Source of the DNA: an uncultured Alphaproteobacteria bacterium
Lineage (GTDB): Bacteria; Pseudomonadota; Alphaproteobacteria; SMXQ01
Direction: 5' to 3'
Length of the DNA stretch: 64,000 nt
Assembly (NCBI GenBank): GCA_963752345.1
Contig: CAVVYA010000002.1
Coordinates: 845,451 to 909,450, forward strand
Positions 1 through 9,513 of the stretch are shown piece by piece. Position numbers and translations under genes: made by a program. The first letter of the stretch is position 1. Every line of letters starts with the position of its first letter. The notes below the pieces were generated by a model that searched no databases, was not told the DNA's origin, and was given only the letters and a program-made list of their open reading frames with translations.

Positions 1-154
1 GAGCGGCAGGCTGGCCGTCTCGACCGGCCGTGAGCCAGAAACGGCCCAGTCGAGCAGGCCATGAGATCATGAAGCGCTGCCCCTGCCCTTCATCCGCCAA
101 AGCCGCTATAACGAGGCGTCATCTCAGCCCGGCCGCAAACCACGAGAGCCTCGC

Positions 155-538
155 ATGTTCAAGCGGATCGATCACCTCGCTCTCCATGTTCCCGACGTGG
201 TCCAGGCCGCGACGTTCTACGAATCGATGTTCGGCTTCGAACGGTATTTCGAACACCCGAGTTCGGGCGGCGGCGCGATCGCCTATCTGCGGCTCGGCGG
301 CACGGTGCTCGAACTCACCCAGCGCGACGCGGCCGAGCCCATGTCCGGCTTCCACTTCTGCCTCGAAACCGACGACATCACGGCGGCGGCCGACAAGCTG
401 ACGTCGGCCGGCGTGCCGGTGGTGCAGCGGCCGTACCGGACGACGCCGCGCTCCGCCGCCGAGGAAGGCTGGCACCGCGCCGTCTTCCGCGGTCCCGCCG
501 GCGAACTGATCGAGCTGCGCGGCCGTCTCGGCGGATGA
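155..538 (+). CDS. VOC / glyoxalase-bleomycin resistance family protein
   Basis: 127-aa ORF. IDHLALHV..FYESMFGF near the N-terminus and FRGPAGELIEL near the C-terminus fit the VOC fold pattern. GC-rich third codon positions. Confidence 0.85.
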   Translation: MFKRIDHLALHVPDVVQAATFYESMFGFERYFEHPSSGGGAIAYLRLGGTVLELTQRDAAEPMSGFHFCLETDDITAAADKLTSAGVPVVQRPYRTTPRSAAEEGWHRAVFRGPAGELIELRGRLGG

Positions 539-539
539 C

Positions 540-1118
540 GTGGCAGCGCGCCGTCCCTCCTTCCCGCCGCGCGGCGCCGGACGAGGCGGTGGTTTCGCCC
601 GTCAGGTCCTCCGCGCGCTTCGCCCCGGCAACCTGCGGCTATTTATCCTCGTCTTCGTCGCCGCCGGCGCATGGCTCGGCCTGCTGCCACGCAACGAGAT
701 CAGGGGCGCGGCCGACGCGGCCGACGGCGACACCCTGATCATCGCCGGCGCGCGGGTGCGGCTTTATGGCATCGATGCACCGGAGCTCTTCCAGCCCTGT
801 CACGATGGCACTCGGTGCGGCCAGCGCGCGCAGGCCCATCTCGCCGGCCTGGTTGCCGGCCGCATCGTGGTGTGCGAACAGCGCGACACCGACCGCTATG
901 GCCGCGAGGTCGCGCAATGCTACCTTGCAAGCGACAGCAAGGATGGCAAACCGGTCAGGGGCGAAGATATCGGGCGTGCCATGGTACGCGACGGCCAGGC
1001 GATGGCCTATGGCGCAATCACGCGGACCTATGCGGCGGACGAACCCGCGCGTTTCGATTTCGACCCGCCGTGGGACTGGCGCGAGCGCCACGATGCAATG
1101 ACCAAGGAGAACCGCTGA
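540..1118 (+). CDS. Thermonuclease (staphylococcal nuclease-like) family protein with N-terminal membrane anchor
   Basis: GTG start 2 nt after the upstream stop. Hydrophobic LRLFILVFVAAGAWLGLL segment, then VRLYGIDAPE...DRYGR...G..MAY, typical of SNase-like proteins. Confidence 0.75.
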   Translation: MAARRPSFPPRGAGRGGGFARQVLRALRPGNLRLFILVFVAAGAWLGLLPRNEIRGAADAADGDTLIIAGARVRLYGIDAPELFQPCHDGTRCGQRAQAHLAGLVAGRIVVCEQRDTDRYGREVAQCYLASDSKDGKPVRGEDIGRAMVRDGQAMAYGAITRTYAADEPARFDFDPPWDWRERHDAMTKENR

Positions 1119-1780
1119 TGTCGAGCCGCACCATCACCATGACCGATCCGCTCCACGACTACCTGCTGCGGGTCTCGCTGCGCGAGCCAGCCGTGCTGCG
1201 CCGGTTGCGTGAGTTCACCCAGCGGCGGCCGCGCGGCAACATGCAGGTCTCGCCTGAGCAGGGTCAGTTCATGGCGCTGCTGGTGCAGATGATCGGTGCC
1301 AAGCGCGCCATCGAGGTCGGCACCTTCACCGGCTACAGCGCGGCCTGCGTGGCGCTCGCCCTGCCCGAGCGCGGCAAACTGATCTGCTGCGACGTGAGCG
1401 AGGAATACACCGCCATCGCGCGCAAATTCTGGCGCGAGGCCGGCGTCGAAAAGAAAATCGACCTGCGGCTGGCGCCCGCCAAGAGGACTCTGGACGGCTT
1501 GCTGCGCGAGGGCCAGGCCGGCAAGTTCGACTTCGCCTTCATCGATGCCGACAAGGAGAATTACCGCGCCTACTACGAGCGCGTGCTCAAGCTGCTGCGC
1601 CCGGGCGGCGTGGTCGCCATCGACAACGTGCTGTGGGGCGGCAGCGTGCTCGACGACGCCGATCAGTCGGTCGATACCAAGGCGATCCGCGCCTTCAACA
1701 AGAAGCTCAAAACCGACAAGCGCGTCTCGCTCAGCCTGGTGCCGATCGGCGACGGGCTGACCCTGGCGCGGAAGAAGTAA
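1118..1780 (+). CDS. Class I SAM-dependent O-methyltransferase (caffeoyl-CoA OMT family)
   Basis: ATG at 1118 overlaps the upstream TGA (ATGA). IEVGTFTGYSA SAM motif, FDFAFIDADKENY, GGVVAIDNVLWGG. The longer 369-aa ORF from 671 is an upstream read-through. Confidence 0.85.
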   Translation: MSSRTITMTDPLHDYLLRVSLREPAVLRRLREFTQRRPRGNMQVSPEQGQFMALLVQMIGAKRAIEVGTFTGYSAACVALALPERGKLICCDVSEEYTAIARKFWREAGVEKKIDLRLAPAKRTLDGLLREGQAGKFDFAFIDADKENYRAYYERVLKLLRPGGVVAIDNVLWGGSVLDDADQSVDTKAIRAFNKKLKTDKRVSLSLVPIGDGLTLARKK

Positions 1781-1894
1781 GGCGCGGCGTTCTTCCTGCG
1801 CCTGCGCGCTTACGCTCGGCCAACGCTCGCCGCATCGCCGTCTTGTCAGTCCACGGCAGTCCGGCTCGGTATCCACACAGCCGTGGGCTTGGCC

Positions 1895-1963
1895 GGCCGG
1901 GGCATGACGGTGGGAGGTGTTGCGCCATCCGCACAAGACTGCCCCGCTGGCCGGGGCATGACG
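1895..1963. repeat. 15-bp perfect direct repeat ggccggggcatgacg (1895-1909 and 1949-1963)
   Basis: Read directly from the sequence, in the intergenic space between two convergent genes. Confidence 0.6.
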
Positions 1964-1973
1964 CCTATGGCGA

Positions 1974-2489
1974 TTACGGTTCGCCCGTGCCGAGCAGCGG
2001 ATGGATGACCTTGTCGCCGGGCTTGATGGCGAGGCGCGAGGTCGTGCCGCCCGGCAGTTCGAGGACGAAGCGCACCGGCTTGGCGGAGGGAATCGGCGTC
2101 AGCGACTGCGGCACCGTGCGCTGGGCGATATTGACAATGGCGCCATCGCTGCCGATGAACAGCATGTCGAGCGGGATCAGCGTGTTCTTCATCCACATGG
2201 CGACCGGCTCGGTGCGGCCGAAGTCGAACAGCATGCCGGCGTCCGAGGCGAGCGCGCGGCGGAACATCAGCCCCTGCGACCGCTCTTCCGGGCTCTTCGC
2301 CACCTCGACCCTGAAACGAAGGCTCTTGCCGGCGCTGGTCTGAATGGCGAGCGGCGTGACCGGGAACGTGACAAGGCCGGGCTGGGCCTGGGCGAACGCC
2401 ACGCGGGGCGCGAAGACCGCACCTTGCGCCACTGCAACCAACGCGCCGGCGCAAAGTATCATTGGGAGCAGAGAGCGGCGCATCATCAT
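1974..2489 (-). CDS. DUF192 domain-containing secreted protein
   Basis: Start taken at the MMM triplet (2481-2489). Signal-like RRSLLPMILCAGALVAVAQG, then GLMFR...GMLFDF...MWMKNTLIPLDMLF core typical of DUF192/COG1430. Confidence 0.75.
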   Translation of the reverse strand: MMMRRSLLPMILCAGALVAVAQGAVFAPRVAFAQAQPGLVTFPVTPLAIQTSAGKSLRFRVEVAKSPEERSQGLMFRRALASDAGMLFDFGRTEPVAMWMKNTLIPLDMLFIGSDGAIVNIAQRTVPQSLTPIPSAKPVRFVLELPGGTTSRLAIKPGDKVIHPLLGTGEP

Positions 2490-2647
2490 GGGCAACTTTA
2501 TCCGCACGCGAGGCGATAGACAATCGGACTTGGTGGATTGCCGGGCGAGGGAAAGCGCGAGGGCACAGCGGCGCGCCAAAAACAGAAGCGCTGGGCGCCA
2601 TACGGCGTCCAGCGCTTCTCATCACGGCGATCCTCCCCCCGAAGCGA

Positions 2648-3184
2648 TCAGCCCATGCGAATGTCGGCGGCCTGCGGTCCCTTGGGTCCGTCGGTGATGA
2701 CCACCTCGACCTGCTGCCCGGGTTCGAGCTGCTGGATGCCGGCACGGCGTAGCGTGACGACGTGCACGAAGACATCCCGCTGGCTGTCGGCCAACGAAAC
2801 GAAACCGTAGCCCTTCTCGGTATTGAACCATTTTACGGCAGCCGGCGTATAGCTGCTGTCGTCGGCAAGCGACGTGGGCGCATGCTCCATGGCATCGCGC
2901 ATCGGCCGCGCGACAGGTTTCGCGGTCGAACAATCGACCTCCACAATGCGGGTTACCTGCAGGCCTTTGGCCCGCTTTGCGACTTCACAAAGAATCGTCG
3001 CCCCCGGCTGCAGCTCCTGATAACCCGCGTCACGCAACACGGACAGGTGAAGGAAAGCATCATTCGACCCGTCAGACGGCGTTACAAAGCCAAAGCCTTT
3101 GACCGCATTAAACCACTTCACCGTACCGCGCATTTCCTCGGTCTGAATAGGACCGGAATTGTCCGCGGAACTGAATTCTACCAT
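2648..3184 (-). CDS. Cold-shock domain protein with two tandem CSDs
   Basis: Two copies of the CSD signature ([15 protein letters not shown] and [15 protein letters not shown]) joined by a linker. ATG at 3184 is preceded by GGGGGGAAG; an alternative TTG lies at 3190. Confidence 0.85.
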   Translation of the reverse strand: MVEFSSADNSGPIQTEEMRGTVKWFNAVKGFGFVTPSDGSNDAFLHLSVLRDAGYQELQPGATILCEVAKRAKGLQVTRIVEVDCSTAKPVARPMRDAMEHAPTSLADDSSYTPAAVKWFNTEKGYGFVSLADSQRDVFVHVVTLRRAGIQQLEPGQQVEVVITDGPKGPQAADIRMG

Positions 3185-3614
3185 TTGCAAGTCTTCCCCC
3201 CGTACTCATGGAAGCCTCTAAAAAGAAGCTAACATTTTTTATTTTAACCGACCAGAGCAGCTTTTGGCCCGACGCACTTTTATAAGACTTCTCAAAACAT
3301 TCGTATAACCACACTCTATAGTTGGTCAGTATTGTCAACCATCTAGAATTAGTGTCGCTCGACAGGTATCGCGCTACGCAGGTTCCGGGCCTCATAGTTC
3401 AAGCAGCGCAAGTATACATAGAGACGAGCAGAGACGAGCAAGGGCAACGATCACCGGCGTCATCGAAAAAGCGCATTCGAGGCGGCTTGGGAAATGAGAT
3501 CCATGCGTCATCTGTTGCCCATGGTGGCGGCCTTTTCTGTCGACGCCCGTTTTATGTTGTCGATCGGCGCGAACTGCCGTAAGTGCCATCTCCCGGCTTT
3601 CGCTAAGGCTCTCC

Positions 3615-4433
3615 ATGTCCATCAAACGCATTCTTATCCACATCGGGCACCACGAAGAGCGCGGCCGCGCTCGGCTCGAAGCCGGTCTCTCCCTGGCCCG
3701 CCGCTTCGATGCGGAAATACACGGACTGTTCATTATCGAGCCGTCGGTCATTCCCGTCCAGGTCGAAGGCCGCGGAGCATCGCTGGGGTACGTCGAGGAA
3801 ATCATCGCGCAACTGCGTGCCAAAGCCGAACGCATGGAGTCAGAGACGCGAGAGCGTTGTGGGCAGGAGGCGATTCGATGGCGGTGGACCGTCGCCCAGG
3901 GTGAAACGCTCGATATCCTGACCGCCTATTCGTTCTACGCCGATATCACCTTGGTTGGCCAGCAGCGATCGAGCGGCCTGGACGACGCCATCAGCCTGCA
4001 TCGCTCCGACTACCTGCCGCTGCAGTCGGCCGGGCCGGTGCTGATTCTGCCGCGCGCGGGCTGGGCCGACGTGGCCGCGCGTAACGTGATGATCGCATGG
4101 AAGGCGGAGCGTTCCTGCGCGCGCGCCGTGCATGACGCCCTGCCGCTGCTGACTTGCGCCGAAACCGTCTCGGTACTGACGATCGACGCGGCGCGGGACA
4201 CCGCGATTGGTGATTTCCTCGCTGCGCATGGTATCGCGGCCCGGCTCGAGACACGCGGCTGCGGGACGTTCGAAAACGTCGGCGAAATCATACTCGGTGC
4301 GGCGAAGGAGGCCGGCAGCGACTTGCTGGTGATGGGGGCTCACGGACGGTCTCGCCTGTCGGAGTTGCTGTTCGGCGGCGCCACCCATGACGTCCTCGGC
4401 AAAATGCACCTGCCGGTCCTCATGGCGCACTGA
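3615..4433 (+). CDS. Universal stress protein (tandem UspA-type domains)
   Basis: 272 aa. C-terminal LLVMGAHGRSRLSELLFGGATHDVL...PVLMAH is the USP ATP-binding motif. The N-terminal half is a second, degenerate USP domain. Confidence 0.85.
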   Translation: MSIKRILIHIGHHEERGRARLEAGLSLARRFDAEIHGLFIIEPSVIPVQVEGRGASLGYVEEIIAQLRAKAERMESETRERCGQEAIRWRWTVAQGETLDILTAYSFYADITLVGQQRSSGLDDAISLHRSDYLPLQSAGPVLILPRAGWADVAARNVMIAWKAERSCARAVHDALPLLTCAETVSVLTIDAARDTAIGDFLAAHGIAARLETRGCGTFENVGEIILGAAKEAGSDLLVMGAHGRSRLSELLFGGATHDVLGKMHLPVLMAH

Positions 4434-4446
4434 CGCCAGTCCAGCT

Positions 4447-5877
4447 TCAGCGAAAGAATACCAGAGTCGTCAGCACGAACAGCGGCAAGAGAAAGACCGA
4501 CGACCAGACCATGTAGCCGAAGAAGCTCGGCATCCGGACACCTTTTTCCTCGGCGATCGAGCGCACCATGAAGTTCGGTGCATTGCCGATATAGGTGTTC
4601 GCTCCCATGAACACCGCGCCGGCCGAGATCGCGGCGAGCGTGGCTGCCAGCGGGCCGGTGAGCACCGCCGGGTCGCCGCCCGCGGTGTTGAAGAACACCA
4701 GATAGGTCGGCGCGTTGTCGAGAAAACTCGACAGCAGCCCGGTCAGCCAGAAATACGTCGCATTGGCAGGCGCCCCGGTCACGGGATCGGTGACCGCGGC
4801 GACGACGGCGCCCAATGCCCCCTGTGTGCCGGCACGCAAAATGGCGATCGCCGGAATGATGGTGAGGAAAATGCCGGCGAACAGTTTGGCGACTTCGAGA
4901 ATGGGGAACCACGTGAAGGCGTTGGCAGCGCGGCCCTCGCCGCGGGTCAGCCGCAGGGAGGCGAAGACGATCGCAATCAACAGCGCGTCGCGCACGATGG
5001 CCTGCAAGGGCACGTCCACGTGGTACAAGGGCAGCGAGACGCCGGGTTGCCAGATGCCACTCATCAGCACCGCGCCAACGATTTCGACGAGAAGGATCAG
5101 ATTTTCGCCGCCCTCGAGATGCAGCGCGCGACCGCCCGCCGCCTGATCAGCGACCGGGGCGTTGGAGGCTTCCTTGCGATACATGTAGGTGTCGAAGGCA
5201 TAAAAGACCGCGAGGAGAATGGTGGCAACGAAGAGCATCGGGAGAAGAAGGTGTACCGTGGGCCAGAAGAACGGCACGCCCTTGAGAAAGCCCAGGAACA
5301 GCGGCGGATCACCGAGCGGCGTCAGCGCGCCGCCGATGTTGGCGACCAGGAAGATAAAAAAGACCACCGTGTGCGTCTTGAACCGGCGCTGGGCATTGGC
5401 ATCGATCAGCGGTCGGATCAGCAGCATGGCCGCGCCGGTGGTGCCCATCCAGCTGGCGATGATGGTGCCGGCGAAGAGGATCCCCGTGTTGACCGCCGGC
5501 GTGCCACGTAACCGTCCGCTGATCCGCACGCCTCCCGTCACCGTGAATAGGGCGAGCAACAGGATGATGAACGGAATGTATTCCAGAAGAAGCGTGTGCA
5601 GCACCTCATAGAGGGCAACCGCGGTTCCGAACGCAATCGTGAATGGCACGAGAAAGGCGAGCGCCCAAAACGCCGCCACCTTGCCGAAATGCTGGTGCCA
5701 GAAATGCGGCACGACGAGCGGCAGGATCGCGATCGAGAGCAGAATCCCGGCGAATGGCACGATCCACAGGATGCCGAGCGACGCCCCGTCGAGATGTGGC
5801 GCGCCCTCGGCCGCGGCGGCAATGTCCGGCCAAACGGCCCCGAGGAGCACGAGATAGACGAGTTGCAGGCGGTTCAT
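4447..5877 (-). CDS. Sodium:proton antiporter / ion transporter superfamily permease (NhaD/ArsB-CitMHS type)
   Basis: 476 aa from ATG 5877 (MNRLQLVY...). About 11-12 hydrophobic helices. GGALTPLGDPPLFLGFLKG and NAPTYLVFF motifs. The upstream 295 aa of the 771-aa ORF is Arg/Ala-rich read-through. Confidence 0.8.
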   Translation of the reverse strand: MNRLQLVYLVLLGAVWPDIAAAAEGAPHLDGASLGILWIVPFAGILLSIAILPLVVPHFWHQHFGKVAAFWALAFLVPFTIAFGTAVALYEVLHTLLLEYIPFIILLLALFTVTGGVRISGRLRGTPAVNTGILFAGTIIASWMGTTGAAMLLIRPLIDANAQRRFKTHTVVFFIFLVANIGGALTPLGDPPLFLGFLKGVPFFWPTVHLLLPMLFVATILLAVFYAFDTYMYRKEASNAPVADQAAGGRALHLEGGENLILLVEIVGAVLMSGIWQPGVSLPLYHVDVPLQAIVRDALLIAIVFASLRLTRGEGRAANAFTWFPILEVAKLFAGIFLTIIPAIAILRAGTQGALGAVVAAVTDPVTGAPANATYFWLTGLLSSFLDNAPTYLVFFNTAGGDPAVLTGPLAATLAAISAGAVFMGANTYIGNAPNFMVRSIAEEKGVRMPSFFGYMVWSSVFLLPLFVLTTLVFFR

Positions 5878-6039
5878 GAACAGAAGCAACGCCCAAAAAA
5901 ACCCCGGCGTGTCGCCATCATGGCCGCACCGCTCTCGCACCCCATTATTCTTTCGCTCCCAAAATCCGCGCCAGTATACTCGCAAGCTCCTGCCCGCCAA
6001 GCATCCGCAGGCCCCACTCCGGCAGCATAGGCAATTTCC

Positions 6040-7031
6040 ATGACGGCTCGAGCGAACATCGTCTGGTCCGTGACGGGCTGCATCGTCGCACTTGTCTTGT
6101 CGGCCGCCGCCGCAGCGCGCGCCCAGACGCCCCCGGCGCCGCCGTGGGAAGCGCCCCTCGCCCGGCAAGCGCCGCTCACCGGCGAGATCCGCGAGCCGGC
6201 GAGCGGTCGCCGGCTGACGCCCGAACAATTGCTCGACCGCCTGGCCGGCGCCGATTTCGTGCTGCTCGGCGAGCGCCACGACAACCCGGACCATCACCGG
6301 CTGCAGGCTTGGGCGGTCGACAGCCTGCTGACGAGGGCGCCGCGTTATGCCGTGGCTCTCGAGATGATCGACAGCGATCAGGCCGCTCGGCTGTCGCAAT
6401 ATCTCGCCGCGTCGCCGCAGAATTCGGCGCAGCTCGGCACCGGCGCTGAACTGGGCCGACAGCGGCTGGCCGCACTGGAACCAATACCAGCCCATCGTGG
6501 CCGCGGCCATGCGGCGCGGCCTGCCGGTGCTCGCGGCCAACCTGCCGCCGGTCCTGGCGCGGGCGATCGCGCGCGACGGGCTCGCGGCCCTGCCCGCTCC
6601 GTTCGCGGCGCAACTGCGGCTCGATCCGGCGGCGGACAAAGCCGTGCTCGCCGGACACGCCGCAGAGATGCAGGCCGCCCATTGCGGCAAGCTGCCCGAG
6701 CGCAGCCTGGCGCCTTTCGCGCTAGCCCAATACGCGCGCGATGGCCATATGGCCTGGGTCATGGTCGATCAATGGCGCCGCTCGGAGCGCAAGATGGGCG
6801 GCGGTCTTGATCGCCGGCGCGGGCCATGCGCGCAGGGATCGCGGCGTGCCGCTGCATCTCGCGCGGCTCGCGCCCGAGGCGCGGGTGGTCTCGCTGGCCT
6901 TCGTCGAAGCCGGTGACGATGCGATGCCGGATGCGGACTTGGCGCGGCTGCCCTACGACCTGGTGTGGTTCACCGCGCGGGTCGACGACGACGATCCGTG
7001 CAATGCGATGCCCGATGCCGAGAACGACTGA
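6040..7031 (+). pseudogene. ChaN-family (DUF399) lipoprotein, interrupted by two frameshifts
   Basis: The product continues across three frames: 6040 frame (GERHDNPDHHRLQ), 6497 frame (NWADSGWPHWNQYQPIVAAAMRRGLPVLAANLP) and 6741 frame (VLIAGAGHARRDRGVPLHL). Frame switches near 6435-6448 and 6760-6790. Confidence 0.7.
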
Positions 7032-7033
7032 GG

Positions 7034-7573
7034 TCAGTGCTTGGGTTTGCCCGCGGTGGCCTTCGGCGTCCAGGCGCGCACGGCGACCGGCGCGCCGCTC
7101 TGGGTGCGCAGCACGCGCACCGGCGGTTGCGGCGGCGGTGCCATGACGGCAATCGCCGCAGCCATGGCTGCAATATCGATGATGTGGCCGCGGCCGGTCT
7201 CGACGTAGGCCGTGTTCTTGGCGACCAGATCGTTGAGCCGCTCGACCGGCATATGGGCGTAGCGGTCCCACACCGTGCCAAGAAAGTCGCGCACCCGGCC
7301 GATCAGGATATCGACCATGAGTTCATCCGGCCGGCCATCGGCGAGCAGGCGCTGCAGATTGGGTTCGACCGGCCCGCCATCTTCGGCCAGGAAGATCGCC
7401 GGCATCAGGGGGCCGCCGACTTCGGCCGCGAAATGGCTTTGGGCGAGGTAGAGCAGCCGATGCAGCGTTTGGAACGGTAGATGCCTATCGTCGGCGCGCG
7501 CCCGGTCGAGAAACCAGATGGCGACATCGAGAGCCGTGCGCGCCGCGGGCGGTATGGAGCGGTCGAATGCCAT
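7034..7573 (-). CDS. DUF4065 / Panacea (SocA, GepA-like) domain protein
   Basis: FQTLHRLLYLAQSHFAAEVGGPLMPAIFLAEDGGPVEPNL resembles the KLqKLLY...GxPLf...aw..GPV core of DUF4065 (from memory). ATG at 7573 preferred over TTG at 7594. Confidence 0.6.
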   Translation of the reverse strand: MAFDRSIPPAARTALDVAIWFLDRARADDRHLPFQTLHRLLYLAQSHFAAEVGGPLMPAIFLAEDGGPVEPNLQRLLADGRPDELMVDILIGRVRDFLGTVWDRYAHMPVERLNDLVAKNTAYVETGRGHIIDIAAMAAAIAVMAPPPQPPVRVLRTQSGAPVAVRAWTPKATAGKPKH

Positions 7574-7788
7574 CCGCCGTTTATAGCGCGGCAATCCTAA
7601 AAAGCCGGTTAAGCGGAATCGGTGCCGTTTGCGGCCGGGTGGCGCCCTCGCCGGGCCGCGTTTTGGGCCAAGAATCCTTCAACGGCGGCCTGGAGCGTTT
7701 GCCGCCGAAGTGGAACCGGTTCGGCGCAGAAAACGCGATTCAATCGAGACTCGAGAGCATGTCCGATTCCATGGGAGCGGATCGTGCT

Positions 7789-8145
7789 CTAGGACGGCTT
7801 GTCGTAGACCTCGCCGGGTTTCCACCGGCGTTCCGTCTTGTCGAGCTTGTCGATGGTGAAGCGGTAGGCCTCGGCGGCAGCGCGCACGCGCGCGTTCCAG
7901 GCCAGCGATCCTTCGACCACGTCGGTAAGCTTGTCGCGGCCGCGCTGACGGCGCTTGCCGAAGCCCTCGCCGCCGTCGGGTGCCGGCGCGGCTTCCGGAC
8001 CTTCCGCGCCTTCACGCAACAGCGATTCTTCCTGGGCGCCGGTGCGTTTGGATGCAGCGGTGGTTTCGATGCTCGGCGTATCGGACGTCTTCGCCACATT
8101 GCGCGCGCCAGCGGTCACGCGGCTTCCCGCGAACTCGCTGAGCAT
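7789..8145 (-). CDS. Hypothetical protein (low-complexity N-terminus, conserved-looking C-terminus)
   Basis: 118-aa ORF with a strong GC3 bias in this frame. No recognisable motif and no clear SD sequence. Confidence 0.5.
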   Translation of the reverse strand: MLSEFAGSRVTAGARNVAKTSDTPSIETTAASKRTGAQEESLLREGAEGPEAAPAPDGGEGFGKRRQRGRDKLTDVVEGSLAWNARVRAAAEAYRFTIDKLDKTERRWKPGEVYDKPS

Positions 8146-8301
8146 AGCCGTTGGACACTGGTGCGATCATGGAAACCCATTCAACCGAGGATCACAGGCG
8201 ATTCGTCGCACGGCAAGTTGCCACGGTCAAGGAACATCGGCGCGCAATCTATTGGTTTAATTGTTAATTTTAACTAAGTTGCCGTCGGAAAATGGGCGAA
8301 A

Positions 8302-9249
8302 TCAAGCGCTTCGGCTGCACGAGCCGCCGCCCAGCACGCAGAACTTGGCGCAATGGGGATGGTTGAGCTTCACCGGCCCTATCGCCGCCGTCAGATTGCG
8401 CCCCATTTCGAACTGCGCGTCATAGGGCAGCAGAGTGCAGGCGACCACCGCCGGCGCCGCGGATTCGCGCCGCCGCACCACCATGCGGGCCGAGGCGCAC
8501 ATCATCGCGTCGGGCGACACCTGCAGGATGTCCCAGCAGCGTTCGGTGACCTCCGGCACCTCGGCCGCGGCATCCATTTCCGGAAACAGCACCAACTGTT
8601 CGCCATCCGCCGCATCGAGGCGGATAGACTCGCGCGCGAACAGCTCGGCATAGGCCCGGCGCAGCTCTCGCTCCGAGTCGCCCCACAGGGTGCGCCCGGC
8701 GACACGCGCGGCAAATCCGTTCGCCGACAGCCACTTCAGTCCGTCGAGAGTCGCCGTGAAGCCGCCGGCCCCGCGCTCCTCGTCATGCCGGGCCGCGGTC
8801 GGATGATCGAGCGAGACGCGGACGGTGAATTGGTCGCCGAAGCGCTGGCGCAATCCGAGAAGATGCCGTTCGTGGTGGCGCATCGGCCGCATGGCGTTGG
8901 TCAGCACGAGCGCGCGGAAGCCACGCGCGAGCGCCACCTCGAGCATCGCCATGATGTCGGGATTCATGAAGGGCTCGCCGCCGGTGAAACCGATCTCGCG
9001 GGTCTGCCAGTGGTGGAGCGCGATCTCATCGAGATAGCCGATCAGATCGGCCAGCGGGAAATAGGCGAGCCGGTCGTTGCGCGGGCTCGATTCGATGTAG
9101 CAGTGGGCGCAGGTAATGTTGCACAGCGTCCCGGTATTGACCCACAGGGTCCGCAGGCCGGTGAAATCCACGTGGGCGCGCCGCTCGCCCTTGGCGGTCA
9201 TGTCGGGATCGCGGAACTTCGCTGCCGTGGCGACGGGTGAATCATCCAT
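8302..9249 (-). CDS. Radical SAM protein with C-terminal Cys-rich region (ArsS / TIGR04167-like architecture)
   Basis: LWVNTGTLCNITCAHCY gives the CxxxCxxC cluster motif. GFTGGEPF SAM-binding motif. C-terminal HPHCAKFCVLGGGSCS. Subfamily assignment is from memory only. Confidence 0.85.
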   Translation of the reverse strand: MDDSPVATAAKFRDPDMTAKGERRAHVDFTGLRTLWVNTGTLCNITCAHCYIESSPRNDRLAYFPLADLIGYLDEIALHHWQTREIGFTGGEPFMNPDIMAMLEVALARGFRALVLTNAMRPMRHHERHLLGLRQRFGDQFTVRVSLDHPTAARHDEERGAGGFTATLDGLKWLSANGFAARVAGRTLWGDSERELRRAYAELFARESIRLDAADGEQLVLFPEMDAAAEVPEVTERCWDILQVSPDAMMCASARMVVRRRESAAPAVVACTLLPYDAQFEMGRNLTAAIGPVKLNHPHCAKFCVLGGGSCSRSA

Positions 9250-9513
9250 GCCCCGTCATAGTCCCATCGCACCGCCGAACCAACTCAAAACCCGGTGACC
9301 GCTGTTCGCCTCGTCACGCCTTCGGCCGACTGGTTCAAAACGCTCGTTTGCGCGGCTCAATCCGCGCGAACCGTCACGGCCCGAACTCGTCGGGCGCACC
9401 ACGAAGCTTCCCGCGAACCAACAAGTGATGCGGGCACTCGTCGCGGCCGTCACGATCGTTGAGCGCACCGCCGCGCCGATGCGCCTAGGCTTCTGGGCGG
9501 CACACTGGCTTGG

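Noticed and set aside
671-1780. 369-aa ORF implying an N-terminally extended methyltransferase
   Set aside because: The first 149 codons overlap the nuclease gene in another frame and are Arg-rich. ATG 1118 with ATGA coupling gives a normal 220-aa OMT.
3421-3440. Tandem duplication gagacgagca x2
   Set aside because: Only two 10-bp units, too short to call a repeat element. It is mentioned only as part of the csp/usp intergenic description.
4447-6762. 771-aa ORF suggesting a very large transporter fusion
   Set aside because: Only the C-terminal 476 aa (from ATG 5877) is membrane-protein-like. The upstream 295 aa is Arg/Ala/Gly-rich and antisense to the ChaN-like gene, which is GC-driven read-through.
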